DNA of 64,000 bases from Phycisphaerales bacterium. Its GTDB lineage: Bacteria > Planctomycetota > Phycisphaerae > Phycisphaerales > UBA1924. The translations under genes were made by a program, and so were the position numbers. Positions 54,443 to 61,714 of the stretch are shown piece by piece; within the stretch, counting starts at the first letter, position 1; every line of letters begins with the position of its first letter. The notes below the pieces were generated by a model, which made no database searches, had not been told where the DNA came from, and saw nothing but the letters and a program-made list of their open reading frames with translations. The stretch covers positions 29,637-93,636 of the forward strand of contig JAVEWV010000009.1 of the NCBI GenBank assembly GCA_034004365.1, given 5' to 3'.

Positions 54443-54526
54443 TGCGGGCGACAGGAATCGAACCTGCACGGCCTTTCGGCCACGGGAACCTAAATCCCGC
54501 GCGTCTGCCAGTTCCGCCACGCCCGC
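54443..54526 (-). tRNA. tRNA-Leu (anticodon UAG)
   Basis: Hand-folded cloverleaf. Acceptor GCGGGCG/CGCCCGC. 3-bp D stem. Anticodon arm CGGGA-UUUAGGU-UCCCG. Long variable arm GGCC-GAAA-GGCC. T arm GCAGG-UUCGAUU-CCUGU. Discriminator A. CCA is not encoded. Confidence 0.85.
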
Positions 54527-54665
54527 GGATTCAGCGCAATCCTAACCATGCGGACCCGTGGTTCGCGGACGCGACCCTTGAACCACCCCGCACCCTCCCG
54601 GTAGGCTCGTGGCCGGTCGCGCAGAGTGTGTGACGCGAGCAGGGGTATCCAGGGAGGAGAGCGAT

Positions 54666-57230
54666 ATGGTGCGTGCGCGTGATGTTGTTGCCGCGTGTGG
54701 ATGTGTTGTCGCTGGCGCGAGCCTCGCGGCGGGACAGGCTTTCGGTCTCGAGCCGACGAGCGCGACGGGCGAGCTTGCGAGCCCGCGCATGGTCCTGCCC
54801 GCGCCGCAGCTCGAGCTGAACGCGGGAGCACCATGGGAGACGCGGGGCGGCCCGGGCGTTCCGACGGTGTACCAGCCCGGCGTCCCCGCGGAGGGTGACG
54901 CGCCCTCGGCGTCTCGCTTCACGCCGGACGGATCGCAGATCATCGTCGCGCACCGCGACACGAAGAACCTGATCGTGTACGACGCGAACACGCGGGCGTT
55001 CGTCCGCGAGATCGTGCTGTCGGGCTCGCCGCTCGACCTCGACGTCAGCGCCAACGGCATGTACGCCGTGACGGCGAACGGGATCGAGGACACCGCGTCG
55101 ATCGTGAATCTCGCGACGGGTGTGGAGGTCGCGACGGTTGCCGTGGGTGATACGCCGGGCATCGTGCGCATCACGCCCGACTCGACGAAGGCGGTCGTGG
55201 GCAACGCGCTGAGCGCCGACTTCTCGATCATCGACCTGGCGTCGAAGACGGAGGTCAACCGCTGGAGCGGCGGCGATTTCTCCGTGACGCTCTCGTTCGC
55301 GCCCGAGAACTCCACGGTGGAGATCCGGTACGGCACGTTCGAGCTGCCCGACAGCAACACCATCCTGCACCCGCGCCGGTTCTCGAGCCAGATAGCGCTC
55401 ATCGACATCGACACGGGCACCGACACGACGCTCGCTTCGGCCGCGAACCCCGCGGGCGTGGCGCTCATCCCGGGCGGGGGCACGAAGGCGTACATCTCCC
55501 ACGCGAGCAACACGCGCACGATCAGCGTCGTCGACCTCACGACCAAGACCATCAGCCAGACATGGTCCACCACGACCGACCTGACCGGACCGATCGCGGT
55601 CGAGATGGGCGGGGCGTCGGCGGTGGTCGCGGTGCAGAACGCGGTGCGGTTCGTCAACATGACCACCGGCGCCGAAAGCACCAACCGAAACACCGCGAGC
55701 GTGAACCAGATCTACACCACCGCGGACGGCTTCTACGCCATCTGCATCGGGTTCAACGGGAGCCTGCTCCAGTACGCGACGCAGGCCATCGTCAAGAACA
55801 CCAACACCCTGGTCTCCGCGTCGCACGGCTCGGTCTCGCCCGTCGACCAGCGGGCCGCGATGTTCTCGACGACCTTCGGCGAGGACATGGTCGTGGTGAG
55901 CACCGACGGACCCTCCGGCGGGCTCGAGAGCTTCACCCTCTCGGGGCCCGAGCCCGAGGTCGACAAGCCCCGCACCGTCGCGGTCAGCCCCGACGGCAGC
56001 AAGGCCGCGGTGGTGGGCATCCTGTCGGACAGCGTCACCGTCTACAACACCGCGACGGGTGCCGTGCTCGGACGGGCCAAGACGGGCATGCGTCCCGCGG
56101 AGGCCCAGTTCACGCCGGACGGGTCGAAGATCGTGGTCGCGAATCTCGATGACGCGTTCCTGACCATCGTGGACACGACAACCTTCGCGGTGACGAACGC
56201 GCCGATCTCGCGCCGCGGCGGGATCGTCGAGATCTCGCCCGACTCGCAGACCGCGTACGTCCCGGTTATCGCCGATGGCGACGGCGTGTGGCGCGTGAAC
56301 CTGAACACGGGCACGTCGTTCGGTGGCAAGCTGCTCACGCCCTCCGCCAGCGGCGGCATGGGCGGCGTGGGATACCTCTACCAGCAGAACAGCGGCGCGG
56401 CCCTTTCGCCCGACGGTCAGACCTTCGTCACCGCGAACAGCTTCGAGAACTCCATCTCGATCATCAACACCGCGACGTGGTCCGTCGTCGCGAACGTCCC
56501 GACGGGGTCCTTCCCGACCTACGTCGCGTTCAGCCCCGATTCATCCAAGATCTACGTCTCGATCAAGAACTTCAACACGACGAGCGGCGCCTCGGACCGC
56601 GTCTCGGTCGTCAGCAACGCCGGCGCCGCGAGCGCCGTGCTCAGCAACATCACCGTGGGCGACCAGCCCTGGGTGCTCATCCCCACCGCCGACGGCCAGA
56701 AGCTCTACGTGCTCAACTATGGCAGCCAGAACATCGGCGTGGTGAACCTGAACACCAACACGCAGGTGAGCACAATCCCGATGCCGAACCTCATCAGCGA
56801 CATGGCCTACTCCGCGAGCGCGAACTGCCTCGTCGTCAACACGGGCAACTCCACCGTCACCGTCGGCAACCCGGTCGGCATCGCCTTCGCGCAGGACGGC
56901 GAGCTGAACGTCATCGATACCACCACGGACACCGTGACCGAGATCATCGACGTCGACCACGTCTCTTCCGACGTCGCGATCGACGACGACCTCACCGTCG
57001 CCGCCCTCCCCGGCATCTTCAGCGACGAGTTCATCCTCGTCGATTTCACCCCGGGCTGCGCGGGCGACTGGGATAACAGCGGCGGGCTGAACAGCTCGGA
57101 CTTCCTCGCCTACCTGAACGACTACTCCGCCCAGAATCCTGTCGCGGACCTCGCCCCGCCCGGCGGTGACGGCCTGTTCAACAGCTCCGACTTCCTGGCC
57201 TTCCTGAACCTCTACGCCGCCGGCTGCTGA
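54666..57230 (+). CDS. YVTN-type beta-propeller repeat protein with C-terminal Cys-bracketed dockerin-like module
   Basis: AGGGAGGAGAG precedes the ATG. Signal-like N-terminus. Many repeats of the type SPDGSK..V(A)N...D.(V/I)(S/T)(V/I)(I/V)D..T..V. Last 57 aa: CAGDWDNSGGLNSSDFLAYLNDYSAQNPVADLAPPGGDGLFNSSDFLAFLNLYAAGC-stop. Confidence 0.8.
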   Translation: MVRARDVVAACGCVVAGASLAAGQAFGLEPTSATGELASPRMVLPAPQLELNAGAPWETRGGPGVPTVYQPGVPAEGDAPSASRFTPDGSQIIVAHRDTKNLIVYDANTRAFVREIVLSGSPLDLDVSANGMYAVTANGIEDTASIVNLATGVEVATVAVGDTPGIVRITPDSTKAVVGNALSADFSIIDLASKTEVNRWSGGDFSVTLSFAPENSTVEIRYGTFELPDSNTILHPRRFSSQIALIDIDTGTDTTLASAANPAGVALIPGGGTKAYISHASNTRTISVVDLTTKTISQTWSTTTDLTGPIAVEMGGASAVVAVQNAVRFVNMTTGAESTNRNTASVNQIYTTADGFYAICIGFNGSLLQYATQAIVKNTNTLVSASHGSVSPVDQRAAMFSTTFGEDMVVVSTDGPSGGLESFTLSGPEPEVDKPRTVAVSPDGSKAAVVGILSDSVTVYNTATGAVLGRAKTGMRPAEAQFTPDGSKIVVANLDDAFLTIVDTTTFAVTNAPISRRGGIVEISPDSQTAYVPVIADGDGVWRVNLNTGTSFGGKLLTPSASGGMGGVGYLYQQNSGAALSPDGQTFVTANSFENSISIINTATWSVVANVPTGSFPTYVAFSPDSSKIYVSIKNFNTTSGASDRVSVVSNAGAASAVLSNITVGDQPWVLIPTADGQKLYVLNYGSQNIGVVNLNTNTQVSTIPMPNLISDMAYSASANCLVVNTGNSTVTVGNPVGIAFAQDGELNVIDTTTDTVTEIIDVDHVSSDVAIDDDLTVAALPGIFSDEFILVDFTPGCAGDWDNSGGLNSSDFLAYLNDYSAQNPVADLAPPGGDGLFNSSDFLAFLNLYAAGC
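57057..57230 (+). repeat. dockerin-module coding repeat, copy 1
   Basis: 174 nt that align without gaps to 60348-60521. I hand-counted about 16 mismatches. The last ~54 nt differ at one position. Confidence 0.8.
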
Positions 57231-57271
57231 AGCCCCTCGGCGGCGAGAATCGCCACATCACGCCTCCGATT

Positions 57272-57308
57272 CCCCCGTCCGCCTCCGAGCGGGCGGGGGA
57301 TTTTCTTT
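57272..57308 (+). terminator. rho-independent terminator
   Basis: 11-bp stem CCCCCGTCCGC/GCGGGCGGGGG (one G-U pair), loop CTCCGA, then ATTTTCTTT. Confidence 0.65.
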
Positions 57309-57369
57309 GGGCGGGGGCATTGGGGGCGGGAAGGGTGAATGGCCGAAACCCTTGGGTGCCCGCGCCCGG

Positions 57370-57981
57370 ATGGGTATGCTGTTCGGGGCGTCCCTCGTGG
57401 CGCTCGAGCGCCAAGGACAGACTGGAGCCGGTCCGGTGAAACGCCGTCGCACATCGCACACCAGCCGACTCGCCCGCCTGCGGGCGCGGGTGGTGGATGT
57501 GGTGTGGGCGGTGGTGATCCTGGCATTCTCGCTCGCGAGCCAGGGCTGGGTCCCCGGCTCGGGGGCCTTCGGCGGGCAGTCCGGGCACAACGTCTGGGCC
57601 CGCTGCGGCTCGTCGATGTGCGCCTGCGAGTCGAACGTGCCGCTCGCCGAGCACCGGGGCGTCGCCGCCTTCCGTCAGAAGCTCTGCCCACTGTGCCCGG
57701 ACGACCCGGCCGACGTGCCGTGCGATCGGGACGAGCCGAGCCGTGACGATCGTTCCCCCGCGTTCAAGCCGCTGCTGGTCCTGGCGAAGAGCGGCGGACT
57801 GGGCGTGGCGTGCCCGACCGACCTCGCGTCGATGGGCGTCTCGCTCTGCCTGCTGGGCCTTTCGCGGCCCTCCATCAGCGTGGAGTGCGGGCCCGAGGTC
57901 CGGAGCGTCGCGTGCGCGACCCTGGATTCTCGCCCCGAGTCCCTGTCCCTCGCCGTCCCCGAGCCCCCGCCCCGAGCCTGA
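57370..57981 (+). CDS. hypothetical Cys-rich membrane-anchored protein
   Basis: Good GC3 bias. One hydrophobic helix (VVDVVWAVVILAFSLAS), then CGSSMCACES...KLCPLCPDD...VPCDRD and further Cys. Start moved to 57370 so that it does not overlap the upstream terminator. No family recognised. Confidence 0.4.
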   Translation: MGMLFGASLVALERQGQTGAGPVKRRRTSHTSRLARLRARVVDVVWAVVILAFSLASQGWVPGSGAFGGQSGHNVWARCGSSMCACESNVPLAEHRGVAAFRQKLCPLCPDDPADVPCDRDEPSRDDRSPAFKPLLVLAKSGGLGVACPTDLASMGVSLCLLGLSRPSISVECGPEVRSVACATLDSRPESLSLAVPEPPPRA

Positions 57982-58026
57982 CGAGCCGCGATCTCTTCGC
58001 GTGCGCGCCGGCGTGGAGCGTGCCTA

Positions 58027-58827
58027 TTGGCCCGTTCCTGCCCGACGCGTGTTCCGCTCGTTGCACTCCTGCTGCGGAGGCTTCTCCCGTTGCGCTTCGA
58101 ACGTCGGGCGAATCCGGGCCGATCGGGCTCGGGCTTCACGCTCATTGAATTGCTCGTGGTCATCGCGATCATCGCGCTGCTGATCGGCGTGCTCCTGCCC
58201 GCACTGGGCTCGGCACGTGAGAGTGCGCGGGGCGTCAAGTGCCTCGCGAACCTTCGCTCGATCGGGCAGTCGGTGGCGCTGTACCACAACGCCTTCGATG
58301 GGCACTACCCCCTCTCCAGCCACGCCACCGGATCGAGCATCGATCCCGGCGCATGGCTGTCGTCGCTGGTCGAGTACGGCCTGATCGACGACACCCGCTA
58401 CTGCCCGACCGACCTCCAGCGCAACAAGACGACAGCCGCCGATTTCGCACGCACGACCAGCTACATCACCAACGACCACTTCGAGCCGCTCACCGCGGGC
58501 ATCGACTTCGATCCGTTCAGCGGCCGCACGCTCCCCGGGGGGCGGACGCGCGCGATCACACGGATCGAGCAGATCCCGCGTCCGACGGCGACGATCTACG
58601 CGGTGGAAGCGGCGGACCCGCTCGATGCGGGCGCGGTGGTGGACCATCTGCACTCTGTGGGGTGGGCACGAGCGGAGCAGGTCGCGCAGCAGATCGCGGT
58701 CGAGCGGCACAAGGGATCGGCGTCGTACCTCTTCGCCGATTTGCACGCCGCGGCGATCCCGTGGGGCGCGTTGCGAGACGAGTTCTCGCCCGAGACGAGC
58801 CCGTTCAATCCCGAGACCGCGCGCTAG
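58027..58827 (+). CDS. prepilin-type N-terminal cleavage/methylation domain protein (H-X9-DG / DUF1559-like)
   Basis: [45 protein letters not shown] is the type IV pilin-like leader and helix. C-terminal [12 protein letters not shown] resembles H-X9-DG. A TTG at 58090 would give a more usual short leader. Confidence 0.8.
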   Translation: MARSCPTRVPLVALLLRRLLPLRFERRANPGRSGSGFTLIELLVVIAIIALLIGVLLPALGSARESARGVKCLANLRSIGQSVALYHNAFDGHYPLSSHATGSSIDPGAWLSSLVEYGLIDDTRYCPTDLQRNKTTAADFARTTSYITNDHFEPLTAGIDFDPFSGRTLPGGRTRAITRIEQIPRPTATIYAVEAADPLDAGAVVDHLHSVGWARAEQVAQQIAVERHKGSASYLFADLHAAAIPWGALRDEFSPETSPFNPETAR

Positions 58828-58936
58828 CGCGGGAATCAACCAGTTCGTTGTGTGTGCTTTGTTGCGCGGGCGCGCTGCGCCCAGCGCTCATGAAAACGTC
58901 GCGATCGTTTGGGACGATCAGAGAGTGAGTTCAGCC

Positions 58937-59587
58937 ATGAAGATTCGTACGACCGCCGCCATCGTTCTCGCCGCCCTCGCCCCCGCCGCCCTCGCGCAGG
59001 ACCACGGGCACATGACCGTGGATACCGCGAGCGGCACGCCGGGCGATCAGATCGTCATCAGCACGTACCCCACCGAGACGAACTTCTCGATCGTGGGCGG
59101 CGTGCTGCACCGCGCGGGCGTCCCCGCCGTGTTCGACCTGACCGATTGGCAGCCCTCGGGCTCGTTCCAGGGCTGGTTCCTGGGCCAGACCATGACGCTC
59201 ACCGCCGACTTCTTCGTCGCGACGGGGCGCCTCGATGGGGGCAATTTCGCCTTCGAGGTCGCGGGCCTGACGCCCGAGGGCGGCGCCGGCCCGGGCCGCT
59301 TCGCGATGGTGAGCCAGCACGGCACCGACTTCGAGCTCGAGGCCGACAGCGACGGCGCGACTCGTGCGGATCGCACCTGGGTCATCGGCTTCAACATGCA
59401 TCCGCACGGGCAGCGCGTCATGCTCCAGGGCTCCGGGCTGTACCGCGTCGACCTCGTCGCGTGGGACACCAACGGCGTGTACACCGACTCTGCACCCGTT
59501 TCTTTCTACGTGCAGACGCCCGCGCCCGGCGCGCTCGCCACGCTCGGCGGTGGGCTTGTGCTCGTCTCGCGTCGCCGTCGGCGCTGA
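58937..59587 (+). CDS. secreted His-cluster domain protein with PEP-CTERM-like (P-A-P) sorting signal
   Basis: Signal MKIRTTAAIVLAALAPAALA|QDHGHMTVDT. C-terminus TPAPGALATLGGGLVLVSRRRRR. Paralogous to 59748-60521. Confidence 0.7.
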   Translation: MKIRTTAAIVLAALAPAALAQDHGHMTVDTASGTPGDQIVISTYPTETNFSIVGGVLHRAGVPAVFDLTDWQPSGSFQGWFLGQTMTLTADFFVATGRLDGGNFAFEVAGLTPEGGAGPGRFAMVSQHGTDFELEADSDGATRADRTWVIGFNMHPHGQRVMLQGSGLYRVDLVAWDTNGVYTDSAPVSFYVQTPAPGALATLGGGLVLVSRRRRR

Positions 59588-59747
59588 GCAGTTCGTGAAG
59601 CAACACACGCTCGGGGCTGAGCACCCGCGCGTGAACGATCAATGAGGTCTGGCGCGGCGTCGGAGAGATTCGCCGCCCGCCATTAAGGAACAAACCCGGC
59701 GCGCAGCACGCACGCCGCCAGAACGCAATGAGACACGGGAGATCGAC

Positions 59748-60521
59748 ATGAGCACACGAGCCATCGCGGGACTGATCGTCGCAGCGTTCGCCTCCGCGGC
59801 GATCGCGCAGGACCACCACCACATGACCGTCGACACCTTCACCAGCCTCGACGGGCCCAAGATCAAGATCGTCGTCGGATTCCTCGGAGGCGAGGAGTCC
59901 TTCTCGCTCGATGAAAATGGCACCCTGCTCTTTGACGGCACGCCGCACACGTACGAGCTGACGAGCGTCTTCTCGAGCGGCTCGCTCGCGGGCTGGGGCG
60001 CGGTGCAGGGACTCACGCTCACGAGCGACTACTACTTCGCGACCGGACGCCTCGTCGGAGGAAACTTCCACTTCGAGATCACCAATGCCGAGCGTCTGAA
60101 CGGCTCCACCTCCGCGTTCGCGCTGGGATACTTCCCGAGCGCGACGCCCTTCGTCGACGCGCGCAGCGACGGGGCCGATCGCGCCGCCCGCAGCTACACC
60201 GTCGGCAACGGCGGGCACCAGCACGGGCAGTTCATGGCGCTCCAGAATCCGGGCGTGTATCGCATCACCCTCGCCGCGTGGGATTCCAACGGTGTGTATC
60301 TCGATTCGGACCCCGTGAACTTCCTCGTCGAGGTCCCGGGCTGGACGTGCGCGGGCGACTGGGACGAGAGCGGCGAACTCAACAGCTCGGACTTCCTCGC
60401 CTACCTGAACGATTACTCGGCCCAGAACCCTGCTGCGGACCTCGCCCCGCCCGGGGGCGACGGGGTGTTCAACAGCTCCGACTTCCTCGCCTTCCTGAAC
60501 CTCTACGCCGCCGGCTGCTGA
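59748..60521 (+). CDS. secreted His-cluster domain protein with C-terminal Cys-bracketed dockerin-like module
   Basis: Signal MSTRAIAGLIVAAFASAAIA|QDHHHMTVDT. Last 57 aa: CAGDWDESGELNSSDFLAYLNDYSAQNPAADLAPPGGDGVFNSSDFLAFLNLYAAGC-stop. Confidence 0.75.
   Translation: MSTRAIAGLIVAAFASAAIAQDHHHMTVDTFTSLDGPKIKIVVGFLGGEESFSLDENGTLLFDGTPHTYELTSVFSSGSLAGWGAVQGLTLTSDYYFATGRLVGGNFHFEITNAERLNGSTSAFALGYFPSATPFVDARSDGADRAARSYTVGNGGHQHGQFMALQNPGVYRITLAAWDSNGVYLDSDPVNFLVEVPGWTCAGDWDESGELNSSDFLAYLNDYSAQNPAADLAPPGGDGVFNSSDFLAFLNLYAAGC
60348..60521 (+). repeat. dockerin-module coding repeat, copy 2
   Basis: See copy 1 (57057-57230). Confidence 0.8.
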
Positions 60522-60553
60522 TCGTCCGGCCCCGAAAACTCGTGTCCGATGCG

Positions 60554-60598
60554 AACCCGGGGCGCGCACCGCTGCACGCGTGCCCCGGGTTTCGCTTT
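60554..60598 (+). terminator. terminator-like hairpin
   Basis: About 13-bp stem AACCCGGGGCGCGC/GCGTGCCCCGGGTT with a 10-nt loop, followed by TCGCTTT. Confidence 0.55.
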
Positions 60599-60730
60599 GG
60601 GTGCTGGACGCCGGAAACCGCCCGGGCCGATAGCGAACAATGGTGCGCGGGGCCGGGCGGATGTGCCCGCGCGCGTGCCCGGGTGGGGTCGTGCGAGGGG
60701 GCCGAGCACCCCCGCGAAAGGAAGCCGGAG

Positions 60731-61690
60731 ATGTCGCTGCGACAGGGCCTTGCGATGAACGCGTCGCCTGTGGTGCTCCGCCTCGCGCTCGCGGTCGTTT
60801 TCTTGTGGGCGGGGCTTGGCAAGCTGACGCAGACGATGCCCGTGACGGGCGACGCCGCGGCACGCCTGGCGAACATGGGCGTGAACCTCGATCGGAGCGC
60901 GGGGCAGGGCTCGCCCGCGCGCGATCCGCGCAATCCGGCCCCCGAATCGCCCATCGATCCGCCCGAGAGCCGCGCGACGGACGCCGGGAGCGCGATGGGA
61001 TTGGCGATGATCCCGTCGTTCGGCACGATCACGCTGGGCCAGATCGAGCCCGCGCGGCCGAGCTCTCAGCCGACACAGGACGATCCGCAAGACTCGCCCG
61101 GCAACACCCCGAGCGGTGCGCAGTCGGGAACAACTTCTAAGCCGAGCACGCAGGCGTCCAGTCCGCTCAAGACCTCGGCGGATTTTCCCCAGACGATTGA
61201 GGTCCGCCGCGTGTATGGGGTCGCGCTCCTGCTCTCCAAGGGCGCGGTCCGCACGGGCACGAAGGACGATGCCTCGCCCAAGCCCGCGATCGTGCCCAGC
61301 GCGATCGTGCCGAGCGAGACCAGCCGAGTGCCCGTCTATCTCGCGTGGGCGGCGGCGCTCACAGAAGTGTTCGCTGGCGCAGCGGTGCTTGTTGGGCTGC
61401 TCACTCGTTTCGCCGGGCTCGCGCTCGTCTTTGTGATGCTCACCGCGATCTGGCTCACCACCAGCGGGCCCGCGTGGCAGGCAGGCACGGCTCGCCTGGG
61501 GTTCATTCCGGGGCACGACCCCTTCGACGGCCAGGCGTGGACCACACCCCTCATGCAGTTGATATGCCTTGCCATGTCGCTCTCGGTGTTCCTCACCGGC
61601 GCGGGCGCGTTGTCGTTCGACAACATGCTCTTCGGTGGATCCGCGCCCGCGAAGCCCACCAAGCCGGCACCCAAGCCCGAAGGCAAGTAA
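60731..61690 (+). CDS. DoxX-family membrane protein with a long low-complexity insert
   Basis: Start MSLRQGLAMNASPVVLRLALAVVFLWAGLGKL (the DoxX first helix with G.GK). C-terminal helices LTEVFAGAAVLVGLLTRFAGLALVFVMLTAIW and LICLAMSLSVFLTGAGALSFD. Pro/Ser/Thr/Gln-rich insert between them. Confidence 0.65.
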   Translation: MSLRQGLAMNASPVVLRLALAVVFLWAGLGKLTQTMPVTGDAAARLANMGVNLDRSAGQGSPARDPRNPAPESPIDPPESRATDAGSAMGLAMIPSFGTITLGQIEPARPSSQPTQDDPQDSPGNTPSGAQSGTTSKPSTQASSPLKTSADFPQTIEVRRVYGVALLLSKGAVRTGTKDDASPKPAIVPSAIVPSETSRVPVYLAWAAALTEVFAGAAVLVGLLTRFAGLALVFVMLTAIWLTTSGPAWQAGTARLGFIPGHDPFDGQAWTTPLMQLICLAMSLSVFLTGAGALSFDNMLFGGSAPAKPTKPAPKPEGK

Positions 61691-61714
61691 CCATTGCACA
61701 AAGAGGGCGCGTCC

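Noticed and set aside
54231-60521. Interpreting the repeated 174-nt dockerin-coding segments as a mobile element or CRISPR-like repeat.
   Set aside because: The copies are in frame at the 3' ends of three genes and encode a conserved protein module. There are no spacers, terminal inverted repeats or transposase.
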